Source of the DNA: Felis catus
Taxonomy: Eukaryota
Direction: 5' to 3'
Length of the DNA: 64,000 nucleotides
Assembly: GCF_018350175.1 (NCBI RefSeq)
Contig: NC_058368.1
Coordinates: 192,078,001-192,142,000 of the forward strand
Part shown: positions 12,631 to 24,398 of the stretch, piece after piece
How the letters are laid out: each line of letters opens with the position of its first letter
How positions within the stretch are numbered: the stretch's first letter is position 1
Program-made: the position numbers and the translations under genes
The notes under the pieces: generated by a model
Seen by the model: the letters and a program-made list of their open reading frames with translations, nothing else
Told to the model about the DNA's origin: nothing
The model's database searches: none

Positions 12631-13704
12631 CACCATGAGGCAAGAGAACTGGTTCTATCCTAGTCCTGCCATAAACTCATGTGACCTCAAGAAAGGCCTT
12701 TTACTTCCTCACCTGGAAACAAGAGAGCTGGACTAGAGTAGATATTTCTAAAGTGGGATCCACAAAACCTGAAATCTTCCTTCCTGTGTCCCAATCAATT
12801 TTTTTCCTATTTAACTTCTGTTCCTTTGTTGAGTCATCCTTGGATGTGGTCAAGAGTCAGAGGTGGAAGAGTCTGGGGATCCTGGACACCCAGAAATCAG
12901 TTCGGGACCCCTGACTCTAGTGTCATGAATTTTGGATGACCCCCTCTCTGTACACACACACACCAAAAAACAAACCTGAAATTCTCAGCATCCTAATGGT
13001 CCAAGTTTTCTGAGCCTTTCTCAGGTCCAACTACAACCTCAACAATAAATGGTGAAGGAGAGACCCTCAAAAGAGGGAAGGAGGCATGAGGCATCAGTAT
13101 TTCCATGTCATTGCCCTGCTCTCTACAATCCATCAAGATCTTCCTTGGTCCCTATATTCATCCATTTCAATAATACTAGATTGTCGTTTCAAGTGTTTGG
13201 ATGGCCTGCATATTTCAGTTTTCTACTGCACCTTTCTTACTAAGAGTTCCTGAAACAAAGCCATGAAGCTCCAAGTCCCTGTGTACAGACCTGCTTATGA
13301 GTTTTCTCTCTAATCCCCAGAATTTTTGCCCAAGTGCTTTTAGAAGTGGTATGAACCCAAACAACTTCCTGGCCCACTTCAGCTTCTAACATGAGATCAT
13401 GACTTTAAATCTCAAAATCACAGTATACCTAGTTATTAATAGCAGGGGATTTCAGCTCAACACAATGCTCTGGTAGACTGCCAGCAATCCAAGTTTAACA
13501 TCCTCCAGGGTGTGAAATTAAAAGGAAAAAAGAATTCTAAAAGCCTGAGAGTTTCTGTTCATTTGAACTAGAGTTTAACTCCTTCTTTGCCCTTCCTTTA
13601 GCTGTAAGATCACTATACTTATGGTTCAGGATCAATTTTTTTTTAGTGTTCCTAAGATGTCTTACTCATCTTTGCAGGTTTAGTGACTGGCGTATAATAA
13701 GAGC

Positions 13705-14000
13705 TTATGGGAATTGGATTATTGTTCAGTAATATTTACTTCCTCTTTTTTGCTCTCTGAGGAGTAACATGTTTCTGATTTGGGCTGGGCCATGTGACTT
13801 GGTTTAGACAATAAGCTGCTAACACATGTAATACAGCCAAGGCTGAAAATGTGCTCCTGCTCTCCTGGACCTCTGGCATAACCATGAGAAGAGAATTTCT
13901 AGGCTAGCCTTCCAGTCTCAGAAGGAGTATAGGAAATATTGGGAGCAGAATTCAATGGCCCCTACTGAGCTTCTATCAGCCAACCCCTGATAAATAAATA
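13705..14000 (+). mobile_element. MaLR (MLT1-type) LTR fragment
   Basis: GGGCTGGGCCATGTGACTTGGTTTAGACAAT, CCATGAGAAGAG motifs. Confidence 0.6.
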
Positions 14001-14389
14001 AGCACCAGGACTTCAGTACTGTCATTCACCAATTAGTTATCTCCTAGAGAGTAAAGAGAAAGAAACCAGGTCATTCAACACTAGAGAATTATTTCAATAC
14101 CTGTTTCTCCTTCAACTGGGTATGAAAGCATATGAGTACCATGGCCACATCTGAAAAGTTAGTAGACATGACCTATAATTTGTTACTATTTAACATCAGG
14201 TTAAACAAAGGGACAGAATTTTCCAATTTTGTTATATACTCTCTTTTTCTCACTGACCTCGTCTCCATCCTATAAATACAAAAAGTCCTCTTTTGAGAAG
14301 GGCAGGATTGTCCTGAAGGCATACTGTGTTAGGGGAAAAATATAATCTCTGCTATTATAAAACTCTATAGAATTTATAAGAATCAGGAA

Positions 14390-15302
14390 TTCCCAATAAG
14401 CATGTAATTGAACCTGTTTTTACTACCACGATAAAACTGGACCAAAAATTAAAAATTCATTACTTTGTGTAGTTTACAGAAGCTATGTTTCAGCTCCTTG
14501 GAAAAGGTTCCCAATCCACTCAATATAGCAAACATAAGAACACAAAAATTATCAAACCAGGTCAGATCCCTAGTACCTTTCAGCAGAGTTCTTTGGCAGT
14601 TGAAAAAACAAAGTTACCCTGATGAAAAGTTAGGTTGCAGGCAAAAGACCCTGGTGGCCCTTAATAAATCATGCTGGATCTGTCATTCAAGTAAGCTTGT
14701 GATAAAAATATCTGGTACCAGGCTTTCCCTATGCTGAAAACAACCATAAAAACTGATACATCAAAGAAGCCACTGTGTTCAGGCACTGGACAATAGACAG
14801 TGCAAGAACTGCACCTCTGAGACACAGGGAACTCATGAGCTGAGCTGCAAAATCCCCCCAGCAATATGCCTGGGGACAATGAGCTGAAGTCCAAACAGGG
14901 CAGGGTGGTCTTGCTGAGCTAAAGTGGCAAAGATCAAAGTGTGGGGCAGCTGACACAGGGCAATGGAGAGGAGATAACTGTAACAGAGAAGTACCCTAGA
15001 AGTTCATGTTAGGGTTCCCAAACCCATGAGGTTCCCCCATGTTAGGGATCCCCTGACTATATCCACAAAGGAAAATGCTTAGAACTTGAGTCCCACCAAA
15101 TTAGAGGGGCTTGTGAATTACCTTGGGCCTTTCAAAGATATGGCATAACAAAAAATAAAAACAAGTCTACACAATTATTAGGTGATCATTCAGTAATTAA
15201 ACTACTAAACAAAAATAAATCATCTTCAGAGGAAGATTACAGAATCCAGAATCTACAAAATATCACCAAATGAGCAGTACACAATAAAATATTACAAGAG
15301 GT

Positions 15303-15342
<40 letters not shown>

Positions 15343-15382
15343 AAACTGTAGTGAAGAAAAAAATTAGGAGAAACTGACCAAG
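14390..15382 (+). mobile_element. Old L1M 5' region
   Basis: AGGAAGATTACAGAATCCAGAATCT...AAATATTACAAGA pre-ORF1 motifs of L1MC/MD class. Confidence 0.55.
15307..15343. repeat. (CA)n microsatellite
   Basis: direct reading. Confidence 0.95.
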
Positions 15383-15905
15383 GTATTTACCCAACAGAAA
15401 TTAAAACTTACATTCACACAAAAACCCTGTATACAAATGCTTAAGACAGCTCTATTTATAATCACAAGAAACTGAAAACAATTCAAATGTCCTTCAACAG
15501 ATGAATGGATAAACGAATTTTTGCACATCCATCCAAAGGAATGCCACTTAGCAAGAGAAAGAAATGAACTATTAGATACTTACAGCAATAAGGATGACTT
15601 TCAAAGGCATTATGCTGAGAGAAAGAAGCCAGTCTCCCAAAGTTTCATACTACATGATTCCATTTATATTACACTTGAGAAAAGGCATGACTACAGCAAT
15701 AGAGAACAGAGCAATAGTTACCAAAGTTTGGGGATGGGGGGATTGGACTACAAACCGGCAGTACGAGGGAATTTTCTGGATGATGGAACCTCTCCATGTC
15801 CTGATTGTGGGGGGTGGTTACAAGAATCTATATATGTATTAAAGTCATAGAGCTGTACACCAAAGAAAATACATTTGACTAAATGTTAATTTTTAAATAA
15901 AGCTT
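15383..15905 (+). mobile_element. Old L1M 3' end
   Basis: GTATTTACCCAACAGAAATT, AAATGTCCTTCAACAGATGAATGGATAAAC, TGATTCCATTTATAT, AATAAA. Confidence 0.85.
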
Positions 15906-15969
15906 AAAGTCTGCACGGAACAGTATTATAAAGCAATGTTACAACATATTTAATACATTCGATAACTGA

Positions 15970-16460
15970 AAACTATTACATATCTTAACCAATCCCAAAT
16001 GGGTAAAGGATATAAAGACAATTCACAGAATAGAAAACATAAATTACTCTTAAATATATGAAGATATGCTCAACCCCACTTTTATACTCATTGGATTGGC
16101 AAAGTCAAAAGAGTCTGAGAATGTATCATGTTGGTGAGGATTTGAAGTCAACAGACACTAATACATTGCTGACAAAATGTAAATTGGTATAACCTTAATG
16201 GAGGGAAAACTATCAAGAGCTATCAAAATGTTTTTAAAATGCATGCACCATTTCACCCAACAATTCCACTTCCAGAAATTTATCCTACAGATATGTTTGC
16301 ACATGTGTCAAATGATCTATGAACCAAATTATTTATGGAAGACTTATATTTTTTTTAGCAAAAGCTGGGGAAAACCTAAATATCCCTCAATACCAAATTG
16401 GTTAAGTGGAGTTTGATATACATACAATGGAATAAAATGTAGCCATTCAAATGAAATTAA
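15970..16460 (+). mobile_element. Ancient L1ME-type ORF2 fragment
   Basis: AATGTAAATTGGTATAACC, CAATTCCACTTCCAGAAATTTATCCTACAGA. Confidence 0.7.
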
Positions 16461-16774
16461 CCTGTAGAGTATGGATCATTCTTTCTGTTGGAGGTAATAA
16501 GATAGCCACTTTCAGGGTCTGTCTGAGCTCTTAGACTCTGCCCCCAAATCTACCTTTGGCATGTGTTAATAATACCTAAAATTCTTAAAATCATAATAGG
16601 AGTGATAATAATAATAAGCATAGCTAAAATGTATTGACCACTTATCATGTGTTTAGGACATGTACTAGGTGCTTTGCTATGCCCTTTACATCAATCATTT
16701 CAATTTCAGTCTCAGTTACAATTCTTTGAAGTTCTGCAGCATGTTGAGTGGGTTACAAATTAGAAGGAAGGAAG

Positions 16775-16776
<2 letters not shown>

Positions 16777-16811
<35 letters not shown>
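16777..16811. repeat. (CA)n microsatellite
   Basis: direct reading. Confidence 0.95.
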
Positions 16812-16815
<4 letters not shown>

Positions 16816-16934
16816 GAAATTTAAAGATGTCATCCCGCATAAGATAATCTCATTAGTGACCTCCAGATTCAAACATGGGCAGCCTGACTCCAAAGCTCAT
16901 GCTCTCCCCATTACCCAACACCACCTGTAACTGC

Positions 16935-17345
16935 AGAATCTTTGAACAGGAGAAAATCTTCAGGCCTTCGAGTTAAATCTTTCAATCACTACAGGACCCA
17001 CTCGACAACATACTTGACAAGAAGCTACCCAGCTTCTGCTGAGTGACAAGGAGCTCACAATCTCCTGAGACATACTATTCCATCACAAGAAAACTCTGAT
17101 TCTTTTTTTAAAAAGCTCTTCTTTCCAGGGAGCTCAAAACATCTGCTTCCCTGACATTCCCTTTTTCTCTCCTCTGGAGTGACATACAATGGGCATTTCC
17201 TCCATCACAAGACAGTCCTTCCAGTCGCTGGAGTCAACTCTCCTGCCCTTTGCCCCCTCTCTCCTCTTCTGGCTCGGTCCTTAAGTCTTCCTGTGCAAAT
17301 ATTCCAAGATTCCTCAACATCCAAAAGGGCTTCATTTCAACACCT
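16935..17345 (-). mobile_element. L3/CR1 LINE fragment (part 1)
   Basis: CCAGCTTCTGCT..AGTGACAAGGAGCTCACAATCTCC..ATTCCAT matches recalled L3 3' region. Confidence 0.65.
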
Positions 17346-17349
17346 CCTT

Positions 17350-18250
17350 GGTTTTTTATGTTATAAATCAACTCTATTATGTATAACTTACATACAATGA
17401 AGAACATAGACTTTAAATGTTACAATTTAATGGGTTTTGACAAAAGCGCCTATGACTTCCATGCCTTTATTAAAATATAGACTATCTCCATCACCTCAGA
17501 AAGTTCTCTGGTGTTTTTTGCCAGTGACTCACCTGCCCATTCCCACCCAAGAGAACTTCTGATCTGATTCCTATCACCATAGAGTAATATTACCTACAAT
17601 CACACAATAAGTATTTTTTTTGCATTTGGCTTCTTTAATTCAGCATAATATTTTTGGAATTCATTGTGTTGTAAATTACAGTAAATTCCATTTTTATTGC
17701 TGAGCAGTATTTCATAGCAGGAATATACCTTAATTTTTTTTATCCATTCCCCTCTTGATGGACATTTGATTATTTCCAGTTTGGGGCTCTTTCGATAAAG
17801 TTCCTATGAATATTCTTTTTTTTTTTAATTTTTTTTTCAACATTTATTTATTTTTGGGACAGAGAGAGACAGAGCATGAACGGGGGAGGGGCAGAGAGAG
17901 AGGGAGACACAGAATCAGAAACAGGCTCCAGGCTCTGAGCCATCAGCCCAGAGCCTGAGGCGGGGCTCGAACTCACAGACCGCGAGATCGTGACCTGGCT
18001 GAAGTCGGACGCTTAACCGACTGCGCCACCCAGGCGCCCCCTATGAATATTCTTAAACAAGTTTTTGTTTGGTTGTATCTTTCTATTTCTCTTGGGTAAA
18101 TACCCAGGAGTGAAATAACTGGGTTCACGGGGTAGGTGTATATTTAATTTTTCAGGGAAATGCAATTACAACCACAGAGAGATACCGCTTCACACGCAGT
18201 GAAATAGGTATAATCAAAAAGACTGATGACTCTGAGTGTTGGCAAGAATG
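17350..18250 (-). mobile_element. Old L1M 3' end with inverted 5' piece (~18155-18250 on + strand)
   Basis: antisense 3'UTR/ORF2 (TTGATGGACATTTG, CTTGGGTAAATACCCAGGAGTG) then sense CAGGGAAATGCAATTACAACCACAGAGAGATACC. Confidence 0.8.
17818..18040 (-). mobile_element. Young felid CAN-SINE
   Basis: perfect 14-bp TSD CTATGAATATTCTT (17804-17817, 18041-18054). Confidence 0.98.
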
Positions 18251-18254
18251 CCAA

Positions 18255-18545
18255 ACAACACTGCTTTCAAAAGGAGACTCTTCAGTTGCATATACAACCC
18301 ATTGTGTTGGTTGATTGGCTCCAGGTACAGTTATCTCCTCTGTTCTGGACCTTCAGCATCCATTCATTAATCCATCTGGACTTTATCCTGACTCCTACCA
18401 ACTTGGTCATCAGGTCATCAGCTGACATTCTGGAGACATTTTTGCATTTACTACGGTGAAGCTTATTCCCTCGAACCTCTTCTGTGCAAATAGTTTTTGT
18501 AGCCCAGATGCTGGACATAATTTTCCAACTTTAATGAACTTTATA
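18255..18545 (-). mobile_element. L3/CR1 LINE fragment (part 2)
   Basis: TTATCTCCTCTGTTCTGGAC and GTGCAAATAGTTTTTGTAGCCCAGATGCTGGAC continue the L3 consensus. Confidence 0.55.
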
Positions 18546-19229
18546 AAAAATTACACTTGCCCTCATTATAGAGGAAATCACTATTAACAGTCAAAGAAGC
18601 ACATAAGAAAAAGTGACATTAAAATGTTTATAATGTATCTATAAAACAATGTCTATAAAACAAAACAAACAAACTGCAAAATAAGGAAAAGAGGAATGTA
18701 AGTGACTGAAAATGAAGATATATTAACTATGTTTTAGTCTAGAGAACTCTCCTAAACCTGGTTCCATGTAGTATCACAACCACGCTGTCAGGTGTTTGGA
18801 TTGCTTCTATTTTGTTAAATGAGGAGGCAAGTTCAACAAGGATAAGTGCTCAAGACCACATGAGTAATAAGATCAAATCATGACCTAAAACCAAGTTCAT
18901 GTTCTTTGTCTAATCACAAATTGTGTGATTTTTCTGCTACATTGGCACATCTCACCCTGATTACTCTAAATATCCCCTGAGTAACCCTAATCCATTTGAC
19001 CAATTTGCAACAGACTTACCAAGGATGGCCTTTGGCCCCCATTTTATGACCCCTGGTTAGAGTTAAAATATGCCTTTTGAAACACTTTGATTAGCATTTT
19101 CTTTATCCTTTTATCTGAGTTCTGGGAGCAGCTTGCCACAGAGCCAAGAACGCTGACAGAAGAGTCCAGAGACTTGTATTCTGATCCCGCCTCCGGCAAT
19201 GACAAGCTTTCGGACTTTGTGGAGAGATA

Positions 19230-19450
19230 AAACCAAGGCAGAAGAGAATGTGGGCTTTGAAGCCAAAAAGACCTGAGTTCAAGCCAGCTACTAACTGTGG
19301 CCCTGATGACATTATTTCACCTCTCTGAACCCCAATTTCCCCACCTGGAAAATAGGATAACAATATATGCCTCTTGAAAAGTTATTTTGAAGATTAAATG
19401 TGTGAAGGGTCTAAAATAGTTGACGCTCAAAGAATGCCATCTACTTCATA
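19230..19450 (+). mobile_element. MIR SINE
   Basis: GGCTTTGAAGCCAAAAAGACCTGAGTTCAA...CCTCTCTGAACCCCAATTTCCCCACCTG. Confidence 0.8.
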
Positions 19451-19667
19451 ATTATCATCATCATCATCATGACTTATTATGGTCTCAAAGTGCAATTAAA
19501 TGAGCTTTAAGCTCATGACCAGCTTTTTCTGATACTCTGAGCCCATATATGACCACATATAACAGAAAACTGGTTGTTAGAAATTCCTTTGAAATAATTG
19601 GTTGGTTCCAAATAATTAGATGATTACTATCTCACCCTCTGGAATGTTCATGTAGAAGTGTTTTCTT

Positions 19668-19875
19668 AAACTTTTTTTAATGTTTATTCATTTTTGAGAG
19701 ACACAGAGAGAGTGTGAATGGGAGACGGGCAGAGAGAGAGGGAGACACAGAATCCAAAGCAGGCTCCAGGCTCTGAGCTGTCAGCACAGAGCCCGACATG
19801 GGGCTCGAACTCATGGACCACAAGCCTCTGAGCTGAAGTCAGAAGCTTAACCAACTGAGCCACTCAGGCATCCCT
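19668..19875 (-). mobile_element. CAN-SINE (SINEC)
   Basis: TSD TGTAGAAGTGTYTTCTT (19651-19667, 19878-19894). Confidence 0.95.
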
Positions 19876-20452
19876 TTGTAGAAGTGTCTTCTTGACTCAG
19901 CCATGCATTCATCCATTATTGCCAACCTTGCATGAGCCAGATACCTTGTTAGGCAGGACATGAGCACCCAAGGAACCTGACAATTATCCTGTATATAGAA
20001 GTGTGCATATTTTTCCCTGAAAGAGGCACTAAGGAACAAGGGCAGATCCTTTCAAAAAGTAGTGTTGCTCTTTTAATGTCTGTGAATGTTTTTCCACTTC
20101 TGACAATCACCATTCAGCTAGAAGGACTTATCAGAGAAGCTCCATATTGTCCCCCAGATTGCATGTTTTGTAAGGGAAAAAAATTTAAGTCAGGCATTAA
20201 TTTGACAATGCTGCATATTTGTTCAGATTAGAAGCTTCTCATAATAAGACCTATAAATGCAAAATTAATGAAACGGAGTTAGAAGCCAAGGCCAATACCA
20301 GTTCTAAACAGAAAACAACACAGAATTCAGAAGCACCTTACTTTTTTTCCAGGGGACAGCGGGTGGGCCTCCCTCTCCACAGAGACGGCATCCTGAACAA
20401 TTGTGTGCAAATTGATTACTCCTTAAATGGAAGTCCACTTCAAATATACCTA

Positions 20453-21807
20453 TTCTGGGGTCTGTATTCTATTCCATTGGGCTATGTGTCTGTTTTTGTG
20501 CCAATACCATGCTGTCTTGATGATTACAACTTTGTAACAAATGGTCTGGGAGAACTGGACAGCAACATGCAAGAAGAATGAAGCTAGACCACTTTCTTAC
20601 ACCATTCACAAAAATAAACTCAAAATGGATGAAGGACCTGAATGTGAGACAGGAAACCATCAAAACCTTAGAGGAGAAAGCAGGAAAAGACCTCTTTGAC
20701 CTCAGCCGCGGCAATTTCTTACTTGACACATCTCCAAAGGCAAGGGAATTAAAAGCAAAAATGAACTATTGGGACCTCATCAAGATAAAAAGCTTCTGCA
20801 CTGCAAAGGAAACAATCAACAAAACAAAAAGGCAACCAACGGAATGGGAAAAGAGATTTGCAAATGATATATCGGACAAAGGGCTAGTATCCAAAATCTA
20901 TGAAGAACTCACCAAACTCCACACCTGAAAAACAAATAATCCACTGAAGAAATGGGCAGAAAACATGAATAGACACTTCTCTAAAGAAGACATCCGGATG
21001 GCCAACAGGCACATGAAAAGATGCTCAATGTCGCTCCTCATCAGGGAAATACAAATCAAAACCACACTCAGATATCACCTCACGCCAGTCAGAGTGGCCA
21101 AAATGAACAAATCAGGAGACTATAGATGCTGGCGAGGATGTGGAGAAACGGGAACCCTCTTGCACTGTTGGTGGGAATGCAAACTGGTGCAGCCGCTCTG
21201 AAAAACAATGTGGAGGTTCCTCAAAAAATTGAAAATAGACCTACCCTCTGACCCAGCAATAGCACTGCTAGGAATTTACCCAAGGGATACAGGAGTACTG
21301 ATGCATAGGGGCACTTGTAGCCCAATGTTTATAGCAGCACTCTCAACAATAGCCAAATTATGGAAAGAGCCTAAATGTCCATCAACTGACGAATGGATAA
21401 AGAAGTTGTGGTTTATATACACAATGGAATACTACATGGCAATGAGAAAGAATTAAATATGGCCTTTTGTAGCAACGTGGATGGAACTGGGGAGTGTTAT
21501 GCTAAGTGAAATAAGTCATACAGAGAAAGACAGATACCATATGTTTTCACTCTTATGTGGATCCTGAGAAACTTAACAGAAGACCATGGGGGAGGGGAAG
21601 GGGGGAAAAAGTTAGAGAGGGAAGGAGGCAAACCATAAGAGACTCTTAAAAACTGAGAATAAACTGAGGGTTGATGGGGGCGGGGGGGTGTGGGAGAGGA
21701 ACGTGGGTGATGGGCATTGAGGAGGGCACCTGTTGGGTTGAGCGCTGGGTGTTGTATGGAAACCAATTTGACAATAAATTTCATATTACAAAAAACAAAA
21801 ACAAAAA
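20453..21807 (+). mobile_element. Felid L1, 5'-truncated and 5'-inverted (copy B)
   Basis: antisense L1 20453-~20537, then sense ORF2 C-terminus and 3'UTR; 12-bp TSD CAAATATACCTA (20441-20452, 21808-21819). Confidence 0.97.
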
Positions 21808-22609
21808 CAAATATACCTAAAGTAGTTATTCTTTAAGTGAAAACTACAGCAAATGCTTTTGCAGTGCTAGAAATCATCTCGAAAAGTAAAAATGAGTACT
21901 GAAATATATTTTATAAATTTAGACTGTCATGTATCAAGGTTGCCTAATAAAACAAGTTAAATGCACGTTTTCAAGAAAATTCCGTTTAAACCTTCCACGC
22001 ACATGATTATTTGTCATTGTGGTCTGCAGCCACCAACGAAGTCCAAAAATAATTCATTTCCACTTCATTTCATTAAACAGGCACATTATGAATATGAGGC
22101 AATAAACGGCAATTTTAGTAACATTTAGCTCTTTCACACAATGAATTAGCAGGCACTGAGACTACAGGAAGGTTTAAGTCAATGAACAACTCTTGTCCTA
22201 ATTATGAAGGATTTACAAGAAGGGAGCAGCATGAGTAGGGCATGGTAACAGGGCTGGGAAGAAGGGCCAGCTTCCAGAACAGGAAATCTATTTGACTATC
22301 AACCTGCAGACTGTAATTTATTAAAAATGTAATTACCCACAAGACTCTTATTTGCAGAACCCATTGAAGGAATATTGACATTTGGAGGTGTGTTAAGGTC
22401 TCTGAAGTCATCACAGGGCAATGGAAACTTCCTTATCTGGTTTAGTGTTTGGGGAGGTTTTTCTTCTCCCCAGAAGGCATGAAAACCAGGAATAAATTGC
22501 TTTATAACAACAGCTCCTCTGGCCACATGTTAGAAAAAGAAAAAGGAGGTGCAGGGTCTTGGGATCCCTCTTTTGGCCCTTCTCAGCCCCTCTCCATAGA
22601 CCTCATGTC

Positions 22610-22779
22610 CAAGGGCCAGCTTCATCGGTCGGCTTGTGCACAGAGCACTGGGCTGGGAAGGGCCCCGTGAGGGATTTAATGTTCTGCTGTCGCTGTCTTT
22701 AAATTCTGAGTAATTTTTTAACAAAGGGCCCCATGCTTTCATTTCTCACTGGGGCACACAAATTATGAAGACAATCCTG
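22610..22779. mobile_element. MER45A-type hAT DNA transposon fossil
   Basis: AGGGCCAGCTTCAT...AAGGGCCCC...TTTAATGTTCTGCTGTCGCTGTCTT...AAATTATG..CCTG. Confidence 0.8.
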
Positions 22780-22792
22780 CCAAGACTCCCCA

Positions 22793-22794
<2 letters not shown>

Positions 22795-22830
<36 letters not shown>
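22795..22830. repeat. (CA)n microsatellite
   Basis: direct reading. Confidence 0.95.
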
Positions 22831-22832
<2 letters not shown>

Positions 22833-23234
22833 CTCAGACATCTTCCTCAGGATCTCATCATACCCACTTGTCCTAACCTCCACTAGATCAAAATGGCGGA
22901 ACACTTTTCAGAGCTGAAGTTCAGAGTGGGCTGCTGGGTTCAAACATTCCTTCTCCTTATGAGTTTTTGTGACCTGGATCTCCTCATCTGCCTAACATTC
23001 ACCAACCTCACAGGGCTGTTACAAGGATTAAATGAGATCAGACACATAAAGGAGAGTGAGTACACTCTCCTTACAGGTGAAGACTCTTTCTGTGGTAATT
23101 ATTATATTAGGAACAGGAAGAGAAGAGGAAGAAAGATTACTGCCTCATCCATGAAACACTGCCTGCCTTCTCCTGAGTTCACTGGCCTCTCCTCTAATGA
23201 ATCACACTATGGCATTTACTGTCCCACCAAAATA

Positions 23235-23500
23235 CTGCATTTCCCAAACTTCAGACATCCATGTACCACTTTCAAATTTCACGCTATCGCTTCTATTTAC
23301 TGAATAGGTTTGTTTGGATCACCTTACATAAGTAAAATAGTTTTCCCTTGCAAATAAAGGTGGTAACACTACAATAAGGGAAAGCCAGTATCCCACATCA
23401 AAGCAGGAAGGTAATATGTAACAGTTAACATTTTTACATGGTTAGTCACATGGGACCTAAAATCCTCTTGGACACCACCAGGAGCACCCATATTGACTTT
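23235..23500. mobile_element. hAT-Charlie fossil (MER113-like)
   Basis: TTTCCCAAACTTCAG...CATGTACCAC start; related to the copy at ~42760-43215. Confidence 0.45.
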
Positions 23501-23739
23501 TTTCCTCTTCCACTGGGCTGTGAGCTCTCTAAGTGTAAGAACGGTGGTCTCATTTCTACTTCACCCGCTAGAGAACAATGCACTGTGAACAGCAGGTTCT
23601 CCAGAACCATTTGCTGAATGAATACTTGTTAACAAACGGATAAGAGTGATAGCCCCTTACAAAGATGCTTACACTTTGGCTGGGGGCTTCCTAAGTCCCT
23701 AAAACCTTCACATCCTAAAAGCAATGTATTCCTCCAATA

Positions 23740-24090
23740 CAGCATTTCTCAAAACATAATCTGAGAATGACCTGTATGAGCATCACTCTGCAAGCTTACT
23801 AAAAAAGGCAGATTCGGGGCGCCTGGGTGGCGCAGTCGGTTAAGCGCCCGACTTCAGCCAGGTCACGATCTCGCGGTCTGTGAGTTCGAGCCCCGTGTCA
23901 GGCTCTGGGCTGATGGCTCGGAGCCTGGAGCCTGTTTCCGATTCTGTGTCTCCCTCTCTCTCTGCCCCTCCCCCGTTCATGCTCTGTCTCTCTCTGTCCC
24001 AAAAATAAATAAAAACGTTGAAAAAAAAATTAAAAAAAAAAAAAGGCAGATTCCAGCCCTAGTCATAACCTACTGAATCAGAACCTCTGT
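23740..24090. mobile_element. MER5-type fossil interrupted by CAN-SINE
   Basis: CAGCATTTCTCAAA...GCTTACTAAAAAAGGCAGATTC|CAGCCCT...CCTACTGAATCAGAACCTCT. Confidence 0.7.
23816..24038 (+). mobile_element. Young felid CAN-SINE
   Basis: TSD AAAAAAGGCAGATTC (23801-23815, 24039-24053). Confidence 0.98.
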
Positions 24091-24172
24091 ACATAAAATT
24101 TTGCCTAGTGGTAAAATTTCAGGCATTGAAATATAGTAGCAGTAATAACAGCTCTAAAAACAACTATGTACT

Positions 24173-24398
24173 GGGGCGCCTGGGTGGCTCGGTGGGTTGA
24201 GCGTCTGACTTCGGCTCAGGTCATGATCTCACAGTTCGTGGGTTCGAGCCCCACATCGGGCTCTGTACTGACAGCTTAGAGCCTGGAGCCTGCTTCAAAT
24301 TCTATGTCTCCCTCTCTCTCTGCTCCTCCCCCGCTCATGCTCTGTCTCTCTCTCCTTCAAAAGTAAATAAAAACATAGAAAAAAATTTAAAAAAAACC
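24173..24398 (+). mobile_element. CAN-SINE inserted in a MIR
   Basis: TSD AACAACTATGTACT (24159-24172, 24399-24412); MIR continues to ~24590. Confidence 0.96.

Noticed and set aside
18282..18518. 78-aa minus-strand ORF as a novel peptide
   Set aside because: Lies in a decayed L3/CR1 relic.
10306..20452. Net inversion of the interval between L1 copies A and B
   Set aside because: Copy B keeps matching TSDs on both sides, which a single crossover would have separated. Conversion, or an even number of flips, fits better. The same holds for D/E.
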